This document shows, in pieces, positions 38,601-52,159 of a stretch of DNA of 64,000 nucleotides (positions are counted from its first letter, which is position 1; each line of letters starts with the position of its first letter). The stretch is taken from the NCBI GenBank assembly GCA_021613535.1, contig CP075497.1, positions 2,728,001 to 2,792,000 of the forward strand, given 5' to 3'. The translations under genes and the position numbers were made by a program. This DNA is from Adineta vaga (lineage: Eukaryota; Animalia; Rotifera). The notes below the pieces were generated by a model, which did not search any database, was not told where the DNA came from, and saw only the letters and a program-made list of their open reading frames with translations.

Positions 38601-40593
38601 TTAGGATGCCAATTTTAACTCTTTTATTTCATGTACTTCAATTGATTTTCTATGACGCAAATTCTGCGGGTAGGAATAGAACATATCACAGAACTTTCCT
38701 TTGACTAAACTCGTTTCTTTTTTAAGGTGAATATGGTCGTAAATTATTCTGTCTTATTAATATTATAATGACAGATTTTCTTTGTTGTGGTCTTATTCAA
38801 CCAGTATTAGTTTTACTCGCATTGATTACTAGTCCAATCGTTGCTCTTATACTTGTTCTTTGTAAGATGATTTGTTTTAATCGACCAAAAAAAAAGATCA
38901 AAATCATGTTTCGAATTATGTATTTTTAGTTGCACTTCTACACCGGTGTACACGTGGAATGTATGATAGGATCATTTATCATTTAGTAGTTAAACGTTTT
39001 GCTCGAGTACCTGCACACAATGGTTTTCTTGCTCGACGAATTGCTGGTCCTGGTCTTGCAGCTGAATATTTCTATCAAGTTTCTTCACCTGAAGTATTAG
39101 CCGCATTAGAATCTTTAATTGAACAAAAAGAATTACATGTCTATCAATCCTATGTTGAACAAATTTTAAAGAAACCAATTGATGAATATCGGTAGACGTC
39201 TTTTTCTTCGATGAAATCAAATAAGAACTCAATAAATTCTTTCTATTTAGACAATTTTTTGATAAAGCATTCGAACCATTTTCCGCTCGAGTACAAAATG
39301 AAAACAATGAATCCATTTTTGGTCGAATGAATTCAGTTGTGAATAAACATATTCAAGATCTTCGAGCAGCAATTAACACGTAATTAGGAAATGATTTGAT
39401 TGTTCGATTGATCTTTTTTCTTTGGAATATTAGACGCGATGATCTACTTCGATTACATCGAGATTCAAATCATAATCGTATTCGATTGACAGAAACAGAT
39501 TTGACAGTAAGATTTGATTTGGTTGGAATGAAAAAAGAAATAAAAATCGTTGCTCTCTAGGATGTGTTAATTGAAGGAACTCAATTAGTAGAAAAATGGT
39601 ATCCAAAACGAATTCTATCTTATTATAATAAAGAAGAAATCGAAAAGTTTTGGAATAACTTTGATCTCGACATCGATGATTGGTTTGGTAAGATTAATTT
39701 CATATTTTATTTCAAAGAAATTCTTGTTTTTTTTATAGGTTTAACTAGTAAATTACTTCAAGAATTATTTTGTCGAGATTTTTTGACACCACTTGAACAA
39801 ACAGATATATTCTATAGTCTCAAAGTAAATTTTATCAGTTTACAATTAAAATACAAGCGATTTTCTGTTCAAGGTTGATCATATTACTTTATCTAAATAT
39901 GCACATATGATTCATTCAGCTAATTTACATGACGATCTCGATGTTGTTACAAGTGTCTATTTACCTGAAAGTATGTCAAATCATTTCGAAATACTTCGAA
40001 TTTCGATGAGCATAACTTTTTTTCTTCTTTTCAGCAATTTATACTATTCATCATCCTTCATTCGATCAAAACATTCTCGATCCTACTAGACGTATTCTTG
40101 ATATATCTACAAATTATTCGTAAGTTTTTCGAATCAATTCATCATTTCTTTGTAAACTTTCTCTTTCTCTAGTGGAAAACGTCGTACAAAATCTCACGGT
40201 CGTTTCTATCGTATATTTAATCGTAAAGCAAATTACCTGAAAAATGCAACTAAACTCTCTCGATTTGTCGATTATTCATCTGTAACTTGCCGTTTTTCTA
40301 TCCCAATTCTTCTACCAGATGTTATCTGTATCAATGTGATTATATACAATCGTGATGAGAACAACTCGTTAACTACAAATTCAATTAAAAATGTATCTCT
40401 TCAACAAATTGTTCAACTCATTGAATTTAATAAGAAATTTCATACGAAACCAATGCTTCCGTCATATTCAACAATAGTTCCATCACCTTCAATACAAATC
40501 AATACTAATTCAAATGATGATGATGATGATGAATTAATTGTTGTTCATCCGAATGAAGATAATATTGGTGTACTTGATGAAAAACCTTTGTAA
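35628..40593 (+). CDS. Large uncharacterised multi-pass membrane protein, more than 25 exons
   Basis: Dense run of short GT-AG introns with coherent exons. Motifs TTKYPFWRW, PDRGFLGKNMQRMFNRFWNYVAKGFIG (TMs follow) and ARVPAHNGFLARRIAGPGLAAEYFYQ. Confidence 0.75.
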
Positions 40594-40614
40594 TTATTTA
40601 ACGGTTTATTATGC

Positions 40615-41177
40615 CTTTAAACAGTAACAAAAATACTTTTTTTTCTTTTCATTTATAACAGTGCGAAATTTCATACTTCTTTTTAAATAAAATTTCTTTC
40701 TTCATCAGAATTTACTGAAAGAAGCATCGATTATTTTCTTTCTATGTTAAATCTTGACAGAAAAAAAGGGCGAGTGGAACGGTCAGAAATGACATATTTG
40801 TTTTCGAAGAATATAAATCGGTATGTGCCTTTCATAGGAATAATATTGTTGTTCTTTATTCGATGCACTTTTGCGATGAGACATTGTTTTTGTTAGAGAA
40901 TAAAGTGAGAGTGAATACCTTAGATTAGGCTTTGTACATCATGGTCGAAATCAATAATTCCAAGACAGATAACTTGATGGTGTTATTGAATATGAGATTC
41001 GTGGTCTATTTCCAGCATGTGAATAAAAAACTCAACGAATTTTATCCTAGTCATATTGAAGTATATCATGTCATTTAATCTTTATTGTATTTTCTATCTA
41101 TTCATGTAGTCATTTTGTCTTTAAACAATAGCAAAACACTTTTTCTTTCTAACAGTGCGAAATATCATACTTCTTTT
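40615..41177. repeat. Diverged direct repeat of about 60-70 bp (copies 40615-40684 and 41119-41177)
   Basis: Core TAACAGTGCGAAAT(T/A)TCATACTTCTTTT is 27/28 identical at 40656 and 41150, with shared upstream CTTTAAACA. Confidence 0.75.
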
Positions 41178-41223
41178 GCTGTTACTGATATTCCTTTCTT
41201 TGTTTTTATTTAAAAAATTTCTT

Positions 41224-41547
41224 TTAAACATAAATACGTTGATAATAACCAATAAGAAGATAGAATAATCCTGTGATAAGAATATCAAAACAAATTCCAA
41301 CGATATACCAAATAATGAATGTTTTCAACGTTATACGATTCGTTGTTTTATCGATACATGATGTCCATGCCCAACCCATACAACATGTTGCTTCCTGTTC
41401 AGTCATATGTATTGTTGTCAGAGGTGATAGTCCAGAATAATCCGTTTGTCTTCCATTGAGGATTTTATAAAGAAAATAAATTGTTTGACAGAGAAAACAA
41501 ATTCCGAATATAATTGGACAAATTATCACAGCAAGTAAGACAGCCAT
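41224..41547 (-). CDS. Small intronless protein with two hydrophobic segments
   Basis: 107-aa ATG ORF with two TM-like stretches flanking a loop containing CCMGWAW. Confidence 0.55.
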   Translation of the reverse strand: MAVLLAVIICPIIFGICFLCQTIYFLYKILNGRQTDYSGLSPLTTIHMTEQEATCCMGWAWTSCIDKTTNRITLKTFIIWYIVGICFDILITGLFYLLIGYYQRIYV

Positions 41548-41670
41548 TGTGATATTGTTAATAAAATAAGCAGTGTGAATTGATAAGATACTTGTCTTAT
41601 ATACACAATGAATCGAGAGATAACAAAGCTTTTACCTTCAAAGTTTATATTATTATACTCAGTGCAGCAT

Positions 41671-41678
41671 TGACGTCA
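41671..41678. promoter_or_regulatory. Palindromic CRE-like site TGACGTCA
   Basis: Exact CREB/ATF consensus in the spacer between divergent starts at 41547 and 42015. Confidence 0.3.
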
Positions 41679-42014
41679 TAGACTTAGTTCAGTTAGTCAT
41701 AAATTGGAGTATCAATGACCGATAAAATAAATATTGAAATTGTCAGAAAAAAAGAAATCATCCCTGTTTAAGAGTTCTAATGTTAACTAACACCATCTTC
41801 AGGAAAAAAATCAACAATAAAAATAGCCTGTAAAAAAACAGGATAATACCTCTATTGTCATCAATGTAAATTAACTAAATTAGAATCTTGTATAGAAGAA
41901 AGTCATTTTATAGCATTGTTTTGTTTGATTTTATTTAATTGATAGAAAAATTGAAGATTTACTTTTGTTATTCTTAGATCAATGTGTAAATAAAAGAAAA
42001 AAAGGTTAATCTTA

Positions 42015-43231
42015 ATGGAAATCACTCGTATTTCGAATGATTCGAAACTTGAAACTTTTTCTGATGAAGTCTTTTTCGAAATCTTCGATCGTTTATCTCC
42101 AAGTGATTTATATAAAACATTTTATGGATTAAATATTCGTTTTAATACAATATTAAATGATTCTCGTATGCGATTTCGTGATAATTTATCATTACTGACT
42201 CCAAAACAATTCCATTCCTATGTTAAAAATATTCTTCCTCAAATTATTGATCGTCTCATTTCATTCACATTCGGAACATATGATACCGATGAGGTTCGAT
42301 TTCTACATTCAATTGTTTTTCTTTTTCATAAAGATTTTTCGTTTTAGTATCAACAAGTAAATCTTTTTCTTCATAAATATTCAATTGATTTAAGTTTATT
42401 TCAACATCTTCGTACATTAGTAATTATTAAAATGACAATAGCTGATTTTTCAATTGTTCAATCAGCATTAATGCATCTGAAAAATCTTGTAAATATACGT
42501 TTTTCAGTTGATAGTAATGATGTTGATACGACATCGTTTGTTCATATCAATAATGATTTATTATCTCGACCAAAATTAAAACGTGTGAAAATGGATATGT
42601 GTTCGAGAACAACATTTGATAATGTTACACAACTATCGAATATTGAACAATTATCTATCGTCTGGTGTCAAATACAAGAATTAACACATTTACTACAATA
42701 TTCACCATGTTTATCAACATTAAAAGCAACTATTTGTGGATTAAATGATGGTAAAAAGCATTTCTACTTCATATGAATCTTAAAAGAACTCTTTCGATTA
42801 TTTTAGTCGATCAATGGACTCAAACAATTCGTGGTAATCTCAATCAAAAATGTTCTTCACGTTTGAATTCTCTCAAATTAGTTGTTGATTCAATACGTTT
42901 CGATCATTTATTAATCTTATTACATGAACTTCGACAACTTCGTTCTCTATGGTTATTACTCAATCATCATGAATATTTAGATACTGAAAAATGGGAAAAT
43001 TTATTTCAAACATCTTTATTACATTTAGATCAACTTGATTTAACAATCGCTTTAACAAAACCATTTCTATCCATCAATTCACCAAATCAATTACTGATGT
43101 TCTCATCACCTCATATAGCTTGTACAAAATTTAATACAAATTTTTGGCTTCATCGCGGTTGGCGTGCTAAGCTTGATGAATATGATCATTGTGTACGATT
43201 AACTGTATCGAATAATACATTGCCTATTTAA
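42015..43231 (+). CDS. F-box/LRR-like protein, 3 exons
   Basis: F-box-like LETFSDEVFFEIFDRLSPSDLYKTFYGLNIRFNTIL and LxxLxL repeats. Introns 42294-42347 and 42751-42806. Confidence 0.8.
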
Positions 43232-43513
43232 TCTAAGATCTTCTTTTTGTTCGTCAGATGTATTCTACTGTCATAGAAAATTCCATAATTATTCTCTTTC
43301 TTTTGCTTTTTATTTTTTCTTTTCTTTTCTGTATATCAATGTCAATAATGTTGAGCAAAATATCATAGTGTTAAAGATTAATTTGAATTTGAATTTGATT
43401 TGACAATTCATTGATTTGTTCTCAAGGAAAACGATGTCTCTAGTGAATCAAAATTGATTAGAAATGTAATAATTAAGCGATTTATTTAAAAAGAGACAAA
43501 AAAGAAATGATAA

Positions 43514-44763
43514 CTACAACATTCTTCTTAATTTTTCTGTTTGTAAAACATTTAGTTTTGTTCTTAATAAGAAAAATATACCCAAAATAATTGGGATTGA
43601 TAATGGCACAAGAATAAACCATGCTGACCATGCTCGAACGACTAACATGATTGTTAGAACAATTTCAATAGCGATAATTGATGCTAATGTTCCATATTTA
43701 ACAACTTGTTTCATTCGAGTTTGTTCAACAGTTGGTTCCGATGTTTTTGTTGCTGTTACTGGTTGATAAACAATATCTGTTCCATCACCTGTTTCTAAAT
43801 CATCAATTGAAAACATTTGTGGTTCTTGACCAGAACCACGTACACCTGTTGCATCAAGTCCTGTATATAAATTCACACCCGGAGTAAGAACAGTATGTGC
43901 TGAACGAGATATTAGGAAAATATGCGAATCAGCATGAACAATTGTTTGTAAATAAATATATAAAAAGAATGAAAAAGCATAGTAATAAAGAACTAAATGA
44001 AGATAATTTCCTTTGGATGTATAGATACTAGAGAAAAAAAGTGTATCACTCATAGCAAGAAATAAAATTGAAAATTTTGATAAAGCTTTTGCTGTTCTTA
44101 ACAATGAATTGAGTAAAATCTAAATGAAATCAAATGAATTAGTTATTCTATCATGTTTTCATGTTCTCTTACTTGTGGTAATGTATGAATTGCAAGTAAA
44201 AAATATCCGAATGTAACTAAATATTCAGGTCGTTTTCTTAATAGTAATAACATAGAACCTCCAATAAGCCATGCTAATAAACTTGTGGAGAGTAAAATAA
44301 TCTTCTGTTGTCGATGAAGATTATCAGCATAGATAAAAATTTGTATAAAGATAATTATAGTAGAAATTAATGCAATTAATTCAAGTATAGATGACCATTT
44401 GAAAGCATGACCAAGCATTAATGATGTTAAGGCAAGTACACGAATAATTAACCACATATAACTAATTCCAGCGATATATTTTGAACCATGATTAACTAAA
44501 TGTAGAATTTGTGGAAGAAGTGAAACACCTAAGAGAAGATAAGCTAAAACACGAGTAAATTCAGCTAATCGACATGTTGAAGGAGAATTTTCCATTAAAC
44601 AAGTATCACCAATACTACTACTATTCGATGGTAATGTTGATGTTATGATTGATGTTATTGTAGTTGTAAAATTTGTTGTACTCAAAGTACTTATAACAGT
44701 CGTAGAAGTAGTATTGAATGTCGACGTAGATAATAAAGGAGTCGTTGTAGTACTGTTTGCCAT
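43514..44763 (-). CDS. PQ-loop repeat membrane protein, 2 exons (intron 44120-44172)
   Basis: Two PQ motifs (LLPQILHL..GISY and TLPQ|ILLNSLLRTAKALS), multiple TMs and a Thr/Ser-rich N-terminus. Confidence 0.8.
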
Positions 44764-45987
44764 GATCAGTTATACTGAAAAGAAAAGAAAAAAAAGAGAT
44801 CTCTTATTGAACTTGTTCTCATAGAAAGAAATAACCTTGTCTGAACATCAAATGAGAAGGAAAAAACAACAATAAAAGAACTCTTAGTTAGATATTCTTG
44901 AGTAGTATTTTTATTACCAACAATCTATCTCAACACTATTGGCAATATAATAATAATAATCGCACATACATTTATTTTCTTTTTTGTTCTGTTCGTCTCA
45001 CTCGTTCTCTTTCAACGCATTTTTATGATACTGACATCGACAGACAAATACATTGTAGTCGATTCATATCAACAAAGACCAGCCATACATTTTCAAAATG
45101 TCTTCTTATCTTTTCAGTGAAGAGAATAAAACAGAAAGAAAGAAAGTAAGAATGAAAGAACAATAAGCAATTTCAAAGTTGAAATTACAAGACCATTTAT
45201 TATATAATGTTCAATCAAATACCATATTAATTAGTCTAAGAAAGAATTCAATAACATACCGATTGAATGAATGAAACCGAAGAAATCGGCAAGAAAGAGT
45301 AATACTGTTATGTCAAAATGATGTTAGTATATGAAGAGAGAGAAAAACCGAGACTCGAGAATATTATTAGAATCAGAATGTCTATAAAAGAGCTGTGTTG
45401 AAAGTAGAGAAGAAAAAAACTGATGGTAAATATGCGTGTATGATGCATTTGATGAATAAAATAAAATTGAGTAGCAAAGAGGTGACACGACGAATGTTGA
45501 TGAGAGAAAAGACGAGAAAGAAAGAAAAAAAGAACGGACGAGAGAAAATAATGAAAAGGACAATATATATATATATATAAATATTCAAAGAAAAGAATAT
45601 AGTTTTATGTTGCTTTACTTCTTTCTCTTTTTTTTTCGAAATCATATCAAAGAAAGATATGATCAAACTAATGATTCATTGACCCTTTCTTGATCATATC
45701 TTCTACTCTTTTTCTTTTTTCTTCTTCTCAGCTCATCCTAATAACTATAATTAGTTTCATCTTCGTCGTATTGCTATGTTTTATATATAAATATAATCAT
45801 GTTTTTTCTTTTCTTGTCACTTTAGAAATCAAATATTATTTAATAAAAAAACCCTTTTTGTTCTCTTGCTTTAATCGTCAAGAATTCTTCGAATAGGTTT
45901 ATTTTAAATAAAACTTTTTCTATCTAAAAGAAAAAACATATACGAACAAAGAAAAAAAAACATCAATAAACAAAAATATGTGTTTTC

Positions 45988-48900
45988 TTAAATAAATGAT
46001 GATGTTGGTGATGAATTACCCAAATGACGAAAATTTCTACTAGTATCATAATCGATAGGAGGTTGTCGTAGTTGTCGATTACGTTCCCGTTGATCGAAAA
46101 TATCTTGTTGCAATGAATCCATGGAACTAAAGATTAGTAAATGATGTTTTCAAAAAGGAATTTATTGATTTTCTTACTCTCGGATATAGACAGGTGCTTG
46201 TCTATTCAATGTATATTCTCCTATGTCATGTAAATGTTCTGAATCTGGACTCGGTCTACCACCTGGTGATGTTAAATGATATGATGATGGTAAACTTCGT
46301 GCTGTTGCATAATTATCACGAGAATTATCGCCTCCAATTGGAGGCCTTGCTAAAACAGTCATATTCGATTTTTGTGTCGAATCTTTACGTTTTCGACAGA
46401 GACAAAAAAGAAGAATTGCAATTAGAGCAATAAATCCTATTGAACCAAGAATAGAACCAAGAATGATAGCTAATAAACGACCATTATCACTCGATAAAGG
46501 AGTCGTAGCAAGAGAATCACCCTAGAATAAAAGAAAAAAAAAGATTAAATTTCATACAAAAACAAAAAGGAAAATCAATTACTGTTAATCTCGTAAATTG
46601 ACAAAGTCGATCAGATGATAAACTAATATTATTTAAACAATTTGTTTCTGTTAAACTATCGAATTGTGTAGTATTCAAACTGGATGTATTACTACATGAA
46701 AATCGTGTTGTAAGTTTATCGGATGAATTATACAGATTTAAATATTCTTTTAAATAGATTGATGAACATGAGCATTCAATTTCAATAGTTGTTTCATTAT
46801 TTTTCATATATTGTAATATATTAATCAGATAGATCAATGTTTGACTATCACATGTGTTATAATTTTGTGCTAATTGATCATTGATAAGAAAACGCATTTG
46901 CGTGGGTAAATTTACACTTGAAGAAACAGGTCCACTACGTAAAGATTGTCGCTGATAATTTTTAATTAAATGATAACCATTTGTCATTCTTGAAAATGGA
47001 TTATTTTCTATACTGATTACTGTCGATGGATATGTATATGCAAATAAATCTAATTGAAGTATTTGATTTGATGAAACATCGAGTGTACGTATTAATATTT
47101 GTCTTACGGAAGTTGTACTTTGATTTAACGATAATAAACTATATGGTAGTTGTGTAAGATTATTTGATGATAAATCAAATAATGTCCAATTAACATATGT
47201 TAAATTCACCACGGAAATTCGATTATCAGCTAGATTGATATTTTGAAGTGTACTATAGACTGAACAAGGAAATGTATCACTAGACAAAATCGAAAATAAT
47301 TGATTGGATAGATCAATTGTTGTTGATGGTAATATACATAAATAATTCGGTAATTTCGATATTGAACTTTGATTATTAACAATAACTTGTGTAATATTAG
47401 AAAAATATTTATTTGTTAAAACTGCTGTAGAGATTTCTGTTAAACTATCAGAACCATTCAAACAATCAATTGATACTTTAACACCATTACTATAGAATGT
47501 ATATACACAATATGTATTGTTTTGGCTTTGTGTCATATAATATGGATATATCTAGACGGAAACATAATGAATGTAAAGAGTTTTTTTCTATCTTATAAAA
47601 ATAGATGACTTACGTCGGTAGTATTATCAGTAGTATTGGTATAGATAAGAGTACTATTATTTTGATTTATTGTACATAAATGTGGTATTGTCGTGTTGAA
47701 TATAGCTGATGAAGTTGAACAAGATAACATATTGGTATTATTATAAAGTAATGTTCCATCTGTACACATTGTATTTGATAAAGGAGCGGATGAAAGACGA
47801 TTACCATCGAATGTCGATAAAAGACTTCGTTGAAAATAATATTGATTACAACTACAATTGATTTTTGATGCATCAAAATTAATATTTAAAAAACTGATAG
47901 TTAATACTGGAGTTTTGGAAGGAAGACTTGAATTTAATGCTCGTTGAACTTCATAACAAGCGCCATACATTTCATAGATTGTATCACTTAGATTGATGAT
48001 TGCACTGTTATTAGTTAAATCGATTGCTGTATAAAATGGATTAGTATATGTTGACATATCAATATTAGCATCATTTGTTATTTTTGATATTTTATTGTTC
48101 GATAAATTGATTGAAGTACCAACAAGGACAGTCGATGCCAGATCTAAAGAGGTTAATTGATTGCCTTGTAATGATAGTGCTTGAAGATTAGGTGTTTTTG
48201 TTAAAAATTCAGATGGAAATTCAGTTAGCAGATTATGGCCAATGTCGAGCGTTTGTAAATTTCTTAAACACGATGGATTTGATGAGAAAAATGAAGAATC
48301 TAAGTGATCAAGACGATTGTATGAAATATTCAGTTCCTATAAATACAATAGAACATTATACTAAAAGGGAGAGGGAGGAAGAAGAAATCTATAGAACATT
48401 GAACATACAAGTAAATTTGGTAGAAAGCATATATTTGGTGGAAGTGTATCCATGGGTCCACCTGCATTATTTATACCTTCAATCTTCAATGTTCTGACAC
48501 TGTTCAAAGTACTTAGAGGATATTGATTAATTGGAAGTAATCGTACACTTGAATTTGATGTACATGTTATCAAAAGATTGGTATTACCAATAGAAAAAGT
48601 TAGTGAACACTCCGTTGTATTCTGATTCGATATAATCGTCTATAAATATCAAAAGATTTGTCATTATAATTACTGAAATACTAGCTATTTTACTGTGGTT
48701 GTTGTACTCGTTGAAGTAGTTGATTTGGTTGTTGTGAAATTTCCTGTAGAGGTGGTAGTTGTTGACGTGCTCGTTGTACTTGTTGATGTGGATGTGGTGG
48801 ATATTTCAGTAGTAGTTGTAGCTGATGTAGAAGAAGTCGATGTTGTCGAAGAAGTAATCGCAGTATCTGTTGTGGTGGTAACGGATGTTGAAGAGGTGAA

Positions 48901-51900
48901 GGTTGTTGCTGACGTAGTAGTCGTAACAGTGGTGGTTGTAGTCGATGAGGTTGAAGTGGAGGTTGTTGCAGAAGTGCTGGTTGTACTGGTTGTAGTGGTC
49001 GTGGATGTTGAAGAAGTGAAGGTTGTTTCAGAAGTAGTAGTTGTCACAGAAACGGTCGCAGTTGATGTCGAAGACGTTGAAGTTGTTGCAGAAGTAGTGC
49101 TTGTAGTGGTAGTTGATGTAGAAGAGGTGGAGCTTGTCGAAGAAGTACTCACAGTATCTGTTGTGGTGGTAACGGATGTTGAAGAGGTGAAGGTTGTTGC
49201 TGACGTAGTAGTCGTAACAGTAGTGGTGGTAGTCAATGAGGTTGTTGGAGACGTGCTGGTTGTAGATGTTGACGAGGTGGAGGTTGTGCCAGAAGTAGTG
49301 GTTGTCACAGAAACGGTCGTAGTTGATGTCGAAGAAGTTGAAGTTGTTGCAGAAGTAGTGCTTGTAGTGGTAGTTGATGTAGAAGAGGTGGAGCTTGTCG
49401 AAGAAGTACTCACAGTATCTGTTGTGGTGGTAACGGATGTTGAAGAGGTGATGGTAGTCAATGAGGTTGTTGGAGACGTGCTGGTTGTAGATGTTGACGA
49501 GGTGGAGGTTGTGCCAGAAGTAGTGGTTGTCACAGAAACGGTCGTAGTTGATGTCGAAGAAGTTGAAGTTGTTGCAGAAGTAGTGCTTGTAGTGGTAGTT
49601 GATGTAGAAGAGGTGGAGGTTGTGGAAGAAGTAATCGCAGTATCTGTTGTGGTGGTAACGGATGTTGAAGAGGTGAAGGTTGCTGCTGACGTAGTAGTCG
49701 TAACAGTAGTGGTGGTAGTCAATGAGGTTGTTGCAGACGTGCTGGTTGTAGATGTTGACGCGGTGGAGGTTGTCGCGGACGTAGTGGTCGTTGCAGTGGC
49801 GGTAGTCGACGTAGTAGAAGTTGTTGCAGAAGTACTGGTTGTAGTGGTAGTTGATGTAGGAGAGGTGGTTGTTGTCGAAGAAGTAGTGCTTGTCGCAGTG
49901 GTAGTTGATGTCAAAGAAGTGGAAGTTGTTGCGGAAGTACTTGTTGTCGCAATAGTGATGGTTACCGATGTCGAAGAGGAGGAGGTTGTCGGACGTAGAT
50001 AGTAGTAATGTAGTAGGTAGAAGGTAGGAGAGGTGGTTGTTGCGGACGTAATCGCTTGTCGCAGTAGTGATGGTTAGCCGATGTCGAAGAGGAGATGTTG
50101 TTGATGACGTAGTGGTCGTTAGAGTGGTGGTGGTAGCCGATGTAGTGGAAGTAAAAGTTGTCGAAGAAGTGCTGGTTGTACCGCTTGTAGTGGTGGCCGA
50201 TGTTGTAGAGGTAGAGGTTGTTGCTGAGGTGCTAGTCGTTACGGTGGAGGTGGTAACCGATGTAGTTGAAGTAGAAGTGGTCGCAGAAGTACTGGTTGTA
50301 CCGCTTGTAGTGGTGGCCGATGTTGTAGAGGTAGAGGTTGTTGCTGATATGGTAGTCGTTACTGTGGTGGCGGTAGTCGATGTGAATGAAGTAGTAGCGG
50401 TTGTGTCGGTTGTAGTGGTGATCGAGGTTGAAGACGTAGATGTTGTTGCTGAGGTGCTAGTCGTTACGGTGGAGGTGGTAGCCGATGTAGTTGAAGTAGA
50501 AGTGGTCGCGGAAGTAGTGGTTGTTTCAGTTGTAGTGGTGGCCGAGGTTGAAGAGGTAGAAGTGGTTCCAGACGTAGTGGTCGTTACAGTGGTGGTGGTA
50601 GCCGATGTAGTGGAAGTAGAAGTTGTCGAAGAAGTGCTGGTTGTACCGCTTGTAGTGGTGGCTGATGTTGTAGAGGTGGAGGTTGTTGCTGATATGGTAG
50701 TCGTTACTGTGGTGGCGGTAGTCGATGTGAATGAAGTAGTAGCGGTTGTGTCGGTTGTAGTGGTGATCGAGGTTGAAGACGTAGATGTTGTTGCTGAGGT
50801 GCTAGTCGTTACGGTGGAGGTGGTAGCCGATGTAGTTGAAGTAGAAGTGGTCGCGGAAGTAGTGGTTGTTTCAGTTGTAGTGGTGGCCGAGGTTGAAGAG
50901 GTAGAAGTGGTTCCAGACGTAGTGGTCGTTACAGTGGTGGTGGTAGCCGATGTAGATGAAGTAGAAGTTGTCGCAGAAGTACTGGTGGTACCGGTTGTGG
51001 TGGTGGCCGAGGTTGAAGAGGTAGAAGTGGTTCCAGACGTAGTGGTCGTTACAGTGGTGGTGGTAGCCGAAGTGGTTGAAGTAGAAGTGGTGGTTGTGTC
51101 GGTTGTAGTCGTGGCCGATGTTGTAGATGTGGAGGTTGTTGCTGAGGTGGTAGTCGTTGCTGTGGTGGTGGTAGTAGTCGATGTGGTTGAAGTGGAGCTG
51201 GTGGTTGTGGTTGTAGTGGTCGTACTATTCCACTGATCGAGTCGACATAAACGTGGTTGTACTAGCGGAAAGTTGGCTGTTGATGTAGATAAATTACACT
51301 GATAATTGATGAATTGGTCTACGTTATTGGTACAGCGTAAAGTGGATATAGGAGCTGTAATGCTTCCGCCCAGATTAATGTTTAACATTTGTATGATATA
51401 ATATTGATCACAACTACAGTTTACTTTTGTAGAACCAAAATTCATCTTTATGAAGCTTTTAGTTAGAGGTGGTGGGCTTTGTGGATCATCAAGATAGATG
51501 AATTCTACAATTTCAGTACACGATCCATACATTTCGTAGAGAGTATCGGTTATATCCATGATTGGATTACCATCAAGGAAAACATCAGCATCACCAGTAG
51601 AAAGAGCGGTTGATATCATATAACTGGTAGGATTTATGACCGATGTAATTGAATTGTTTCGTAAATCGAGCTGTTTGTGTACACGGGCACTCATGATCAG
51701 ATCCATAGTAGTCAATTGATTGTTACTTAAATCAACAGAATTAAATTCTTGTAATCGAAACAGGTTAGTGGGAAATGTCACCAAATTATTATCACTTAAA
51801 TCGATCGTTTGCCATGCAAGAGTACAGTTTATAGAATTTGGAATGATCAATGTGTTTCCAAACTGATTGTAACTTAAATCAAGTGTCTAAATAAAACAAG

Positions 51901-52159
51901 AATTTATTTTTATTCTTTTTCACTACTCAAATAAATAAAATACATACAGTTAAATTAGACATCCAGCAAATGTTCGATGGAATTGTACTAAATGGTCCAC
52001 GTGTATTATTTTCACCTCGTGCTTCAAAACTAGTAATTCTGTGTAATGCCGGAATATCATTTGTTGGAAAAGGTAATTCTGTCAGATTGGTACCGAATGG
52101 ACAAGTTAAAATAAGATGTGTCGAATTAGTTATATCAGTTGAACATATTGTTGGATGAA
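45988..52159 (-). CDS. LRR module - long Thr/Ser mucin - two LRR modules - TM - cytoplasmic tail (downstream unit; 5' end unresolved)
   Basis: LxxxDLSxNxL repeats, shared DTLYEMYGxC and CSCxxxY caps, TM LLAIILGSILGSIGFIALIAILLFCLC. Frame break at about 49990-50090. Confidence 0.75.
48694..51225 (-). repeat. Coding tandem repeats of the Thr/Ser mucin stalk
   Basis: Near-perfect 345-bp duplication (same sequence at 50341 and 50686) and 225-261-bp units at 49047, 49308 and 49533. GC is well above the flanks. Confidence 0.9.

Noticed and set aside
49028-50080. His/Tyr/Asn/Cys-rich tail of the 940-aa ORF
   Set aside because: It is an off-frame reading of the Thr repeats after the garbled seam, not a metal-binding domain.
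49000-51000. Repeat arrays as CRISPR or satellite DNA
   Set aside because: They are codon-phased coding repeats with no unique spacers, in a eukaryotic context.
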